A DNA stretch of 64,000 bases, from positions 125 through 64,124 of the forward strand of contig DLUF01000059.1 of assembly GCA_002742765.1 (NCBI GenBank), given 5' to 3'. The notes beneath the pieces are model-generated. The model was not told where the DNA came from and did no database searches. It saw only the letters and a list, made by a program, of their open reading frames with translations. Shown in pieces: positions 48,812 through 56,808 of the stretch. How positions within the stretch are numbered: the stretch's first letter is position 1; every line of letters starts with the position of its first letter. The position numbers and the translations under genes were made by a program. Source of the stretch: Sulfurospirillum sp. UBA12182. GTDB taxonomy: Bacteria; Campylobacterota; Campylobacteria; Campylobacterales; Sulfurospirillaceae.

Positions 48812-49878
48812 CTTGTAATTTCTCCTAAATAGTGTTTAATATGTGTATATAAATCTTTCAGATTTGGACCACTTTCTTGATTTGTCAAAAGGATACTTAA
48901 AACTTTTTTGAATTCATCATTTGCTATCTTACTCTTATCTTCTAAATGAGCTTTAAATTCTTCATATTTTTCAAAGTAAGGGGCATCTTTAACTATCGCT
49001 TTGAGTTTAGCTAAACTCTCTTTGTACTTTTCTGAGTTTTTTTGAGCAAAGACATCATCAATGATAGTTTTAAGTTCAGCAGTTGTGTGATGTTTTGAAG
49101 AAAAAAGTTTTGCGAGTTTTCCTATGTCATGACTTGAATAACCAAGTACCTTTGAAAGTTCCATATCGTCTAAAAGGTTGATATGCTTTTGATTATACTC
49201 TTTTAAGCTATCAATATCAAATGTGTTTTCTTGTAAATTTTGAAGATATTCTGCTATCGCTTCTGGTAAAAGGCCATCATTTAAAAGTTGTTTTACACTG
49301 ATATCTTCTAATGCTGGTATGTGAACATAATCAATCTTTTCTAAAAATCCAAGAGAAGTTCTTATCTCTTCTTCTTGTTTTTCATTTTTTTTATTATCTT
49401 CACTTTCTATGATATGGCTTAGGCCTTGAAGCATATCATCACAAGCAGTAGCAAAAACTCTTGTTGGATATTTTTCTTGCGTCATGATAAGAAAATCTTC
49501 ATCTTTGCTTTTAAGTCTTATCGTAAAAGGCAGATTGTTGTTAAGTAGCTCTTCTTGGCTGATATTCATACAGTTTTGAGTACATTTATCGCTTTCACAA
49601 AAACATGCATATGCTTTGCCTTTATCCATAAGTGATGAAGCAAATTGTAAGTGATACTTGAAGTTTTCACTTTGGTAGTAGAGATAATCATACTTGATAC
49701 CACAAAGTGCAAGAATCCCTAAAATCTCACTATCTTTACTCTCTTTATCTCTTGCTATATCTTCAAAACGCACTAAAAATTTATCGTTTGTTTTTTTCGC
49801 TCCGTGATAGTTTAAAAGAGCAAGCTTGAGAGAATCAAGACGCAACTCTTCAAAAGGACTCACTGAAAATCTATACAT
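48808..49878 (-). CDS. GluRS-derived protein lacking HIGH and KMSKS motifs (pseudo-synthetase)
   Basis: Aligns by eye with the GluRS catalytic domain (RFSVSP...LALLNY, VRFEDI, KAYACFC, ...CDDM...SHIIESED, LPEAIAEYL). The HIGH position reads RLDS and no KMSKS is present. Confidence 0.6.
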   Translation of the reverse strand: MYRFSVSPFEELRLDSLKLALLNYHGAKKTNDKFLVRFEDIARDKESKDSEILGILALCGIKYDYLYYQSENFKYHLQFASSLMDKGKAYACFCESDKCTQNCMNISQEELLNNNLPFTIRLKSKDEDFLIMTQEKYPTRVFATACDDMLQGLSHIIESEDNKKNEKQEEEIRTSLGFLEKIDYVHIPALEDISVKQLLNDGLLPEAIAEYLQNLQENTFDIDSLKEYNQKHINLLDDMELSKVLGYSSHDIGKLAKLFSSKHHTTAELKTIIDDVFAQKNSEKYKESLAKLKAIVKDAPYFEKYEEFKAHLEDKSKIANDEFKKVLSILLTNQESGPNLKDLYTHIKHYLGEITR

Positions 49879-49896
49879 GACTATCCTATATATTTT

Positions 49897-49937
49897 TCGC
49901 GAATTATACCAAGTGGTTGGTTAAAAATTGGTAATAT
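49897..49937 (-). repeat. 41-bp promoter-region element, copy upstream of the GluRS-like gene
   Basis: 34/41 ungapped identities with 53390-53430, in the same orientation. Confidence 0.75.
49903..49911 (-). promoter_or_regulatory. Extended -10 promoter element upstream of the GluRS-like operon
   Basis: Minus strand TGGTATAAT, inside the 41-bp element shared with glnS. Confidence 0.5.
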
Positions 49938-50021
49938 GAGAATAGAGTAGGTTTATAAATCATTTGTATCTCTTTAAGTAGAACTTGAGTAAAATTGTCG
50001 TAAGCTCAAATGTTATTATCT

Positions 50022-50033
50022 TTTACATGTAAG
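50022..50033. repeat. Iterated palindrome copy (1 mismatch), intergenic
   Basis: TTTACATGTAAg, 9 nt upstream of the 50042 ORF. Confidence 0.9.
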
Positions 50034-50041
50034 GGTTTTGT

Positions 50042-50326
50042 ATGGATATGCTTTCTAAAATCATAATTATTTTTATTGCTTTTGGATTTGTATTTTTACT
50101 ATTTAAGCCTAAAAAACAGACTAAATCAAAAGAACAAAAACAAGAAGAGATATACTTGGCGTATTTAGAAAAGATGAGAGTACAGCTCTCTCATATCGAT
50201 AATTCTGAAAAAAGACAAGCAAAAAAAATCATCTTACTTCAAAAATTTGCTAAAGAGCTAGAGTTCAATCTTTTTTTTGATAAACAAGAAGTAAAAAGTC
50301 TGATTCAAAAGCTAGCCGAGTATTGA
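50042..50326 (+). CDS. Small single-pass membrane protein, unknown function
   Basis: 94 aa with an N-terminal TM (IIIIFIAFGFVFLLF) and a K/E-rich cytoplasmic tail. Confidence 0.45.
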   Translation: MDMLSKIIIIFIAFGFVFLLFKPKKQTKSKEQKQEEIYLAYLEKMRVQLSHIDNSEKRQAKKIILLQKFAKELEFNLFFDKQEVKSLIQKLAEY

Positions 50327-50428
50327 ATCGGTTAGCAAAAAGTTTATAGTTTAGCTTCGGACCCTTTTTACTCTTTTTTATTTTACTTCGTGCTTGTACT
50401 CTCTGTGAGAAACTTTTAACTTTGACCT

Positions 50429-50722
50429 CTATGTTACTTTATGAGCAATTTTGCTGAGCGCTTCTTTCTCTTTTTGGTAGGTTTTATAAAGGTCATAGGC
50501 ATTTTGTAGATTGAGCCAAAACTGAGGCGTTGTCCCAAAATACTCTGAGAGCTTTAAAGCCATGAGAGGGGTGATGCCTCTTTTTTCATTGTACAGTTCA
50601 CTAAGTGTTTTTATCCCAACATCCAAGTCTTTTGAAAGTTGTGCTTGTGTGATACGAAGTGGTACAATAAACTCCTCTTTGAGGATAACTCCAGGGTGTG
50701 TGCTTATCCTAATCTCTTTCAT
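50429..50722 (-). CDS. higA: HigA antitoxin (XRE-type HTH)
   Basis: HPGVILKEEF...ITQAQLSKDLDVGIKTLSEL...FGTTPQFWLNLQ, a typical HigA. Lies downstream of higB. Confidence 0.8.
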   Translation of the reverse strand: MKEIRISTHPGVILKEEFIVPLRITQAQLSKDLDVGIKTLSELYNEKRGITPLMALKLSEYFGTTPQFWLNLQNAYDLYKTYQKEKEALSKIAHKVT

Positions 50723-50731
50723 AATTTTCTC

Positions 50732-51016
50732 CTATCTATGATAATCATCTATATACACATCATAAACATTTGAGTTCTCAAACCTAAAGATAACTCTATA
50801 TTGAGCATTAATTCTAATGCTGCAATAACCTTCCAAGTCACCTTTTAAGTGTTCTAAGTGATTTGATGGTGGAACTCTTAAGTCCTCATAGCTACAAGAA
50901 GCTTCTAGCATATCAAGTTTTCTTTTGCCTATGTGGTTAACAGCTTCACTAAAACATTTCTGTTTTTTTCCATCAAATAAAGCTTGTGTATATTTGCATT
51001 TAAATGTTTTTATCAT
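50732..51016 (-). CDS. higB: HigB toxin (RelE/ParE superfamily, plasmid-maintenance killer type)
   Basis: 94 aa. MIKTFKCKYTQALFDGK...LRVPPSNHLEHLKGDLEGYCSIRINAQYRVIFRF. Confidence 0.8.
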   Translation of the reverse strand: MIKTFKCKYTQALFDGKKQKCFSEAVNHIGKRKLDMLEASCSYEDLRVPPSNHLEHLKGDLEGYCSIRINAQYRVIFRFENSNVYDVYIDDYHR

Positions 51017-51022
51017 GTAGAT

Positions 51023-51052
51023 ATATTATCACAATACGATAAGTTGTGTCAA
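51023..51052 (-). promoter_or_regulatory. Candidate higBA promoter (near-leaderless)
   Basis: Minus strand TTGACA, 18-nt spacer, TAATAT. The -10 ends only 6 nt before the higB ATG and there is no SD. Confidence 0.35.
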
Positions 51053-51065
51053 TAAAAAAAATAGT

Positions 51066-51077
51066 TTTACATGTAAG
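51066..51077. repeat. Iterated palindrome copy (1 mismatch), intergenic
   Basis: TTTACATGTAAg, between the higB promoter region and the glnS terminator. Confidence 0.9.
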
Positions 51078-51083
51078 AAGTAA

Positions 51084-51106
51084 AAAGGCTAGAAACTCTA
51101 GCCTTT
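51084..51106 (-). terminator. Rho-independent terminator of glnS
   Basis: Minus strand reads AAAGGCTAG-AGTTT-CTAGCCTTT followed by TT, 8 nt after the glnS stop. Confidence 0.65.
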
Positions 51107-51113
51107 GATCGTG

Positions 51114-53363
51114 TTAAGAGCTTAGTTTTTGCTCTACTAATTGGTTTACGATTTTTGGATTTGCTTTTCCTGCTGTTGCTTTAAGAACAGCTCCTACAAA
51201 GAAACCAAAAAGATTTTTATTGCCTGCTTTGTATTTTGCAATGTTGTCTTGATTTTTTGCTATAACTTCATCGATGAGTGGTTCGATAACATTAGGATCA
51301 CTTATCTGTACTAAGCCTTTAGATTGGACTATATCTTCTGGATTTTCACCATTTTGTACCATTTGCTCAAAAACTTGTTTTGCTATTTTACTAGATATCG
51401 TTTCCTCATCTATCATTTTCACAAGCCCAGCTATTTGGGTTGGAGTAAACTTGATAACTTCATTTTGTTTTAGCTCTCTTGCCACTTCGTTTGCTACTAT
51501 GTTTGCTAAACTTACAGGGGAGTTTAAGATATTTAAAGACTCCTCGTAAAAAGAGGATAACTTGGCATCACGAGCGAGGATATTTGAGATTTCAGAGTTT
51601 AAGTTTAGTTCATTTATATATCTATCATAGAGTTTTAGCTCACTCTCACTCATAGGAGCTACTTCTCCCTCAACAACCACTTTTTTTGTTTGTGTTGGTT
51701 TCTCAGCTGGTTCTTTTTTCTCGACTTTTTTATTCCATGAGTCTTTAAGTCCTACTATCTTGTTAAAAACAGGCTTTGCATCGGTGTAGTCAATCGGGTC
51801 GGCGTAAAAATAGCCTTGTCTTTCAAACTGGAATCTCACATCAGGTTTTTGCTCGATTACAGCAGGTTCTATGAAGGCATTTTTGATTACATGTAAAGAA
51901 TCAGGATTCAAATCCTCTAAGCTTTCTGGCATATCTACTTTGTAAAGTCTCTCATAAAGTCGTAGCTCTACTTGTTTAGCATGTTTTGCACTTACCCAGT
52001 GGATGGCACTTTTGACTTTGATACCACTGGTGTCATTTCCACTGCGAGAGTCAGGATGGTATACCGCTTTTATCTGTTTGATAACACCATTTTCATCTTT
52101 GATAACTTCTTTACATGTAAGGATATAAGCTCCTTTAAGTCTAACACTTTGATTGGGAGTTAAGCGGTAGTAGCCCTCAGGTGGGGTTTCCATAAAATCG
52201 TCTCTTTCTATGTAGATGGTGTTTGAAAAAGGAAGTTTTCTTGAACCCTCTTTAGGAACATCATGCGGGTAGTAAGAAGCTTCAATCTCCTCTTCACCTT
52301 CATAATTTTCGATTGTTACTTCAAGTGGGTCAACTACACACATAACACGTGGAACTTTTTTATTCAAATCATCTCTGATACAAAACTCAAGTTGTGCAAC
52401 ATCGACCATAGAGTTTGCTTTTGCTATACCGATTTGTTCACAAAAATTTAAAATCGCCTCTGGTGTATAGCCTCTTCGTTTATAACCAGCGATTGTTGGA
52501 AGTCTTGGGTCATCCCAGCCATTGACGTATTTGCCATCGACTAACTCTAAAAGTTTTCTTTTGCTCATAACTGTATAGTTCATACCAAGGCGTGCAAACT
52601 CATACTGATAAGGTCTAGGAGGAGTAAGTTCAAGTGCGTCTAAAACCCAGTCATAGATATCTCTGTTGTTTTCAAATTCTAAAGTACAAATCGAGTGCGT
52701 AATCCCTTCGATATAATCACTCAAACAATGCGCAAAGTCATACATCGGATAGATGCACCACTCATCACCTGTTCTAAAATGGTGTGCATGACGGATACGA
52801 TAAAGCAGCGGGTCTCTCATCTTCATGTTAGCTGCACTCATATCAATACGCGCTCTTAAAACATGTTCTCCATCTTTAAACTCACCGTTTTTCATCCGCT
52901 CTAAAAGTTCTAAGTTCTCCTCTACGGAACGTTGTGCATACTTACTTCTTCGGCCAGGTTGCGTGATAGTTCCTCTATACTCTCTTATCTCTTCTTCGTT
53001 TAAGCTATCTACATAAGCTTTACCCATTTTAACAAGCGCTACTGCGTATTCATAGATTTTAGGGAAGTAGTCACTAGCAAAGCGAACACTCTCATTCCAC
53101 TCAAAACCAAGCCAAGTTACAGCATCTTTGAGAGCTTCAACGTAGCGCATATCTTCTGTTGTAGGGTTGGTGTCATCCATGCGAAGGTTACAGTGTCCTT
53201 GATAATCACGTGCGATACCAAAGTTTATATATATAGATTTTGCATGTCCGATATGTGGGAAACCATTTGGCTCTGGTGGAAATCTTGTTATGATTTTTGT
53301 ATATTTACCAGCTTTTAAATCCTCTTCGACTTTGACGCGTAAAAAATCTTTGCTCTCACTCAA
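51114..53363 (-). CDS. glnS: Glutamine--tRNA ligase with C-terminal GatB/YqeY-like domain
   Basis: TTG start. RFPPEPNGFPHIGHAKS (HIGH), VMSKRKL (KMSKS) and the GlnRS beta-barrels, then about 180 extra aa resembling the GatB C-terminal/YqeY domain. Confidence 0.85.
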   Translation of the reverse strand: MSESKDFLRVKVEEDLKAGKYTKIITRFPPEPNGFPHIGHAKSIYINFGIARDYQGHCNLRMDDTNPTTEDMRYVEALKDAVTWLGFEWNESVRFASDYFPKIYEYAVALVKMGKAYVDSLNEEEIREYRGTITQPGRRSKYAQRSVEENLELLERMKNGEFKDGEHVLRARIDMSAANMKMRDPLLYRIRHAHHFRTGDEWCIYPMYDFAHCLSDYIEGITHSICTLEFENNRDIYDWVLDALELTPPRPYQYEFARLGMNYTVMSKRKLLELVDGKYVNGWDDPRLPTIAGYKRRGYTPEAILNFCEQIGIAKANSMVDVAQLEFCIRDDLNKKVPRVMCVVDPLEVTIENYEGEEEIEASYYPHDVPKEGSRKLPFSNTIYIERDDFMETPPEGYYRLTPNQSVRLKGAYILTCKEVIKDENGVIKQIKAVYHPDSRSGNDTSGIKVKSAIHWVSAKHAKQVELRLYERLYKVDMPESLEDLNPDSLHVIKNAFIEPAVIEQKPDVRFQFERQGYFYADPIDYTDAKPVFNKIVGLKDSWNKKVEKKEPAEKPTQTKKVVVEGEVAPMSESELKLYDRYINELNLNSEISNILARDAKLSSFYEESLNILNSPVSLANIVANEVARELKQNEVIKFTPTQIAGLVKMIDEETISSKIAKQVFEQMVQNGENPEDIVQSKGLVQISDPNVIEPLIDEVIAKNQDNIAKYKAGNKNLFGFFVGAVLKATAGKANPKIVNQLVEQKLSS
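51886..51897. repeat. Iterated palindrome copy (1 mismatch)
   Basis: aTTACATGTAAA in glnS, read as LHVI. Confidence 0.9.
52110..52121. repeat. Iterated palindrome copy (1 mismatch)
   Basis: TTTACATGTAAg in glnS, read as LTCK. Confidence 0.9.
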
Positions 53364-53389
53364 TTTCTCTTACCTCTGTATATGAATTA

Positions 53390-53430
53390 TCGCGAATTAT
53401 ATCAAGTAGTTTGTTAAAAAACGGTAACAC
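53390..53430 (-). repeat. 41-bp promoter-region element, copy upstream of glnS
   Basis: Plus strand TCGCGAATTATATCAAGTAGTTTGTTAAAAAACGGTAACAC versus TCGCGAATTATACCAAGTGGTTGGTTAAAAATTGGTAATAT at 49897. Confidence 0.75.
53396..53404 (-). promoter_or_regulatory. Extended -10 promoter element upstream of glnS
   Basis: Minus strand TGATATAAT, inside the 41-bp element shared with the GluRS-like gene. Confidence 0.5.
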
Positions 53431-53446
53431 AAGAGCCAAAAAAGTT

Positions 53447-53458
53447 TTTACATGTAAA
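53447..53458. repeat. Iterated palindrome copy (perfect) supplying a stop codon
   Basis: Read in its third frame (TAC ATG TAA) as the last two codons and stop (...LYM*) of the AraC-Ogt gene. Confidence 0.95.
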
Positions 53459-54299
53459 GGTTTTTATTTATCGATTCATATGCTATGAGTATCTTTTTGC
53501 GCTCAATTCCCCATCTATACCCACTCATCGCACCACTTTTTGAGATAACTCTATGACAAGGGATAAGATAGCCTATATGGTTTTTACCGATAGCACTTGC
53601 AACTGCTCGAACTGCTTTTGGTCTTTCTAAAAAATTTGCCATATCTTGGTAGGTGGTGATAACACCATTTGGTAGATTTAAAAGAGCTTTCCAGACGTTG
53701 ATTTGAAAGTTTGTACCTTTGACAAGCAAATTATATTTTTTGTTTTTTATAAAAATGTTATCTAAGTATTCGCGTGCCTTTTCGCCATCGTGGATGAGAG
53801 TTGCTTTTTCCCAAAGCTCTTTAAATCTAGCAAATATCATCTCTTGATTGTTATCTATAAATCCCAAATAGCATATCCCTTTATCAGTAAAACCAACTAA
53901 CGCTAATCCAAAAGGTGTTTTTCCATAACCATAAGTTATGCGGACATCTTTGCCTTTTTCTCGCCACTCTTTTGGAGTTACTCCGATGAGGTTTACAAAA
54001 AGCTCATGTAATCTGCTAGTACTTGAAAGACCGATATCCAAGCTACTCTCTAAGATAGAGCGAGACTCTTTTAAATGCTCCTTTGCATAGTTGAGTGTTA
54101 CAGAGTGCAAAAACTGTTTTGGCGTAACTCCGACATACTCTTTAAAGACTCGGATAAAATGAAACTTACTCATACCTATGTTTTTTGCTATCTCATCTAT
54201 GCTAGGTTGGTTTTTAAAGTTGTTGTCTATGTAGTGTATGGCCTTTTCTATTTGACGGTAATTGTTTGATAAATCAACGTTAGATAAAGAAATCATCAC
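53448..54299 (-). CDS. AraC-type HTH regulator fused to O6-methylguanine-DNA methyltransferase (Ada/Ogt-like)
   Basis: N-terminal AraC HTH (SIDEIAKNIGMSKFHFIRVFK). C-terminal MGMT domain with IPCHRVI. Confidence 0.8.
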   Translation of the reverse strand: MMISLSNVDLSNNYRQIEKAIHYIDNNFKNQPSIDEIAKNIGMSKFHFIRVFKEYVGVTPKQFLHSVTLNYAKEHLKESRSILESSLDIGLSSTSRLHELFVNLIGVTPKEWREKGKDVRITYGYGKTPFGLALVGFTDKGICYLGFIDNNQEMIFARFKELWEKATLIHDGEKAREYLDNIFIKNKKYNLLVKGTNFQINVWKALLNLPNGVITTYQDMANFLERPKAVRAVASAIGKNHIGYLIPCHRVISKSGAMSGYRWGIERKKILIAYESINKNLYM

Positions 54300-54371
54300 T
54301 CAATCCTTAAAGCTTTTTAGAAGTATAACTCAAAGAAAAAACATATACAATCCAAAAATTGCTACTCTTGT

Positions 54372-54400
54372 AAATAAAGAGGCTTTACGCCTCTTTATTT
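54372..54400 (-). terminator. Terminator of metE (overlaps its stop codon)
   Basis: Minus strand reads AAATAAAGAGGC-GTAAA-GCCTCTTTATTT. The GC core is flanked by A- and T-tracts. Confidence 0.6.
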
Positions 54401-56675
54401 AGATGGATAACTCTTCTCTTACTTGTTTTACAGCTTTAACCATATTGATAAGACTAGGTTTGACTTCGTCCCATTTTCTTGTTTTAAGCCCGCAATCTGG
54501 ATTTATCCAAAGTTGCTCTTTTGGTAAAACTTCGAGTAAAAGTTTTATCTGCTTTGTTATCTCTGCAACACTAGGAACTCTTGGGCTATGGATATCATAC
54601 ACTCCTGGACCTACTTCTTGTTTGTAGCCCACTTTTTTAAAGACTTTTAAAAGTTCATTGCCACTTCTTGCAGTCTCTATGGATATGACATCGGCATCCA
54701 TCGCTTCGATAGTTTTGATAATATCATTAAATTCACTATAACACATATGTGTATGGATTTGAGTTGTAGGAAAAGCTTTTGCAACAGCTATCTTAAAATC
54801 TCTTACTGCCCAGTTTTCATACTCTTTAATTTTCGATTTGCGAAGAGGATATCCTTCTTTGAAAGCGGCTTCATCGACTTGGATGATTTTGATGCCTGCT
54901 TTTTGTAGATCATCTATCTCATCACTGAGCCCTAAAGCTATCTGCTTGGAGACTTCTGAGCGAGCTAAATCATCTCTTACAAATGACCAGTTAAGTATAG
55001 TCACAGGACCAGTGAGCATGCCTTTCATGATTTTGTCTGTTTTACTTGCTGCATAGGTAATCCAATCAAGTGTCATCGCTTTAGGACGACTGATATCTCC
55101 GTAGATAAAAGGAGGTTTGACACATCTACTACCATAGCTTTGCACCCAACCGTTTTGGCTAAAACCATATCCTTTAAGTTGTTCCCCAAAGTACTCAACC
55201 ATGTCATTTCTCTCAGGCTCCCCATGCACTAACACTTCCAGCCCGCACTCTTCTTGAAAAGCTACACACTCATCAATGTAGTTTTTCATCACATTTTCGT
55301 ACTCCTCTTTTGAGATGAGATTTGCTTTATAATCTCTTCTCACTTTTCTAAGCTCAGCTGTTTGAGGAAATGAACCGATAGTGGTTGTTGCTAAATTTTT
55401 ATAACCTAAAAGTTCTTTTTGGAGTTTGATTCTTTTTTCATAAGGTTCTACTCTTTCAAAAAGGCTCAAACTTGCCACTCTTTGTTGTACGCTTTTATCG
55501 TGTATAAGCGAGGAAGTTTTGCGACTTTTTGCGCTTTGTTCGTTTGCTTCTAGTGCTTTTTGTTCTTTTGTATCAAGGTTTGTTTTAGAAAAGAGAGTCG
55601 CACATAGTTTTATCTCATCTAGCTTTTCAAGAGCGTAACTAAGCCAATCTTTTATCTGTGGATCCATCTTGTTTTCATATTTGAGTGTAAAAGGTACATG
55701 TAAGAGTGAACAAGATGAAGAGACGATGATATCTTCTTTTTGGACTACTTTTGCTATCTGTTCTAAAAGATTTAGCGTCTTTTGTAAATCACTTTTCCAG
55801 ATATTTCTTCCATCAATGACACCAGCGATGAGTTTTTTACCGCTTTTTTTGATAAATTCCAAAGATTGAAGATTTTCTTTGCCATATAAAAAGTCCAAGC
55901 CTAAAGCCCAGATAGGAGTATTGACAAAAATCCCAGTCGCTTCGTTTGAGTGTTCAAAGTAAGTCGTGACGATGAGTTTGAGTTTAGCGCTTATGGAACC
56001 TAGTTTATCGTAAGTTGGTTTGATAAGGCTTAGAACTTTTGTTTCATTATCTTTTACAAAGATAGGCTCATCTATCTGTATGTAAAGTTCATCTTCAAGC
56101 AAGGAAAGTTCTTCTAAAAGCTTGATATAAAGCGGAAGTATGTTTCCTAGTAATTCATATGTATCTTTGCCATCAACTCTTTTTGAGAGTCCTAAAAACG
56201 TAAGAGGACCTATAAGATTGATTTTGGTCTTTAACCCTAAAGCTTTTGCTTCTTTATACTCTTGTATGACTTTTGTACTATCAAGTTTGTAGTTATCTTT
56301 AAGGCTAAGTTCAGGAACTATGTAGTGATAGTTCGTGTTAAACCACTTTGTCATCTCCATAGCTGGGAGCTGTGAAGTGCCTCTTGCCATCGCAAAATAA
56401 AGTTCTTCTTTTTGTAGATTTGCAAATCTTTTAGGAATCGCACCTAACATAAAAGCAGTATCTAGCATATTGTCATAAAGGCTAAAGTCGTTAGAACTGA
56501 TAAAATCAATCCCTGCTTCTTTTTGGTAGAGCCAATGTCTTTTTTTAAGTGCACTTGCCTCTTTTTGCAGCGTATCAAATGAGCACTCACCTGCCCAAAA
56601 ACTCTCTAAAACTTTTTTTAATTCTCTTTTTTCACCGATTCTTGGAAAACCGATTACATAACTGTTATTTGACAT
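54399..56675 (-). CDS. metE: Cobalamin-independent methionine synthase
   Basis: 758 aa, two Meth_synt domains. ...HTHMCYSEF..., ...NPDCGLKTR.... Confidence 0.9.
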   Translation of the reverse strand: MSNNSYVIGFPRIGEKRELKKVLESFWAGECSFDTLQKEASALKKRHWLYQKEAGIDFISSNDFSLYDNMLDTAFMLGAIPKRFANLQKEELYFAMARGTSQLPAMEMTKWFNTNYHYIVPELSLKDNYKLDSTKVIQEYKEAKALGLKTKINLIGPLTFLGLSKRVDGKDTYELLGNILPLYIKLLEELSLLEDELYIQIDEPIFVKDNETKVLSLIKPTYDKLGSISAKLKLIVTTYFEHSNEATGIFVNTPIWALGLDFLYGKENLQSLEFIKKSGKKLIAGVIDGRNIWKSDLQKTLNLLEQIAKVVQKEDIIVSSSCSLLHVPFTLKYENKMDPQIKDWLSYALEKLDEIKLCATLFSKTNLDTKEQKALEANEQSAKSRKTSSLIHDKSVQQRVASLSLFERVEPYEKRIKLQKELLGYKNLATTTIGSFPQTAELRKVRRDYKANLISKEEYENVMKNYIDECVAFQEECGLEVLVHGEPERNDMVEYFGEQLKGYGFSQNGWVQSYGSRCVKPPFIYGDISRPKAMTLDWITYAASKTDKIMKGMLTGPVTILNWSFVRDDLARSEVSKQIALGLSDEIDDLQKAGIKIIQVDEAAFKEGYPLRKSKIKEYENWAVRDFKIAVAKAFPTTQIHTHMCYSEFNDIIKTIEAMDADVISIETARSGNELLKVFKKVGYKQEVGPGVYDIHSPRVPSVAEITKQIKLLLEVLPKEQLWINPDCGLKTRKWDEVKPSLINMVKAVKQVREELSI

Positions 56676-56679
56676 TTGT

Positions 56680-56717
56680 ATCCTTAATTATTTATTGTTT
56701 GATGATGAATTAAGGAT
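56680..56717 (-). promoter_or_regulatory. SD-sequestering hairpin in the metE leader
   Basis: Minus strand ATCCTTAATT, an 18-nt loop, then AATTAAGGAT followed by acaaATG. The perfect 10-bp stem buries the AAGGA ribosome-binding site. Confidence 0.5.
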
Positions 56718-56744
56718 GTAGTGGAGGGTGAACACCAGAGCGTC
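56714..56744 (-). repeat. Pyrimidine-rich direct repeat in the metE leader, copy 2 (includes the anti-SD)
   Basis: Minus strand GACGCTCTGGTGTTCACCCTCCACTACATCC. Confidence 0.6.
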
Positions 56745-56780
56745 TAAATGCAAAGTATGTGTTATAGTAGGGACATCTTG

Positions 56781-56808
56781 GGATATAGTGGAAGAGGGCA
56801 ACAGCGAT
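56781..56808 (-). repeat. Pyrimidine-rich direct repeat in the metE leader, copy 1
   Basis: Minus strand AATCGCTGTTGCCCTCTTCCACTATATCC, 67 nt upstream of copy 2. Confidence 0.6.
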
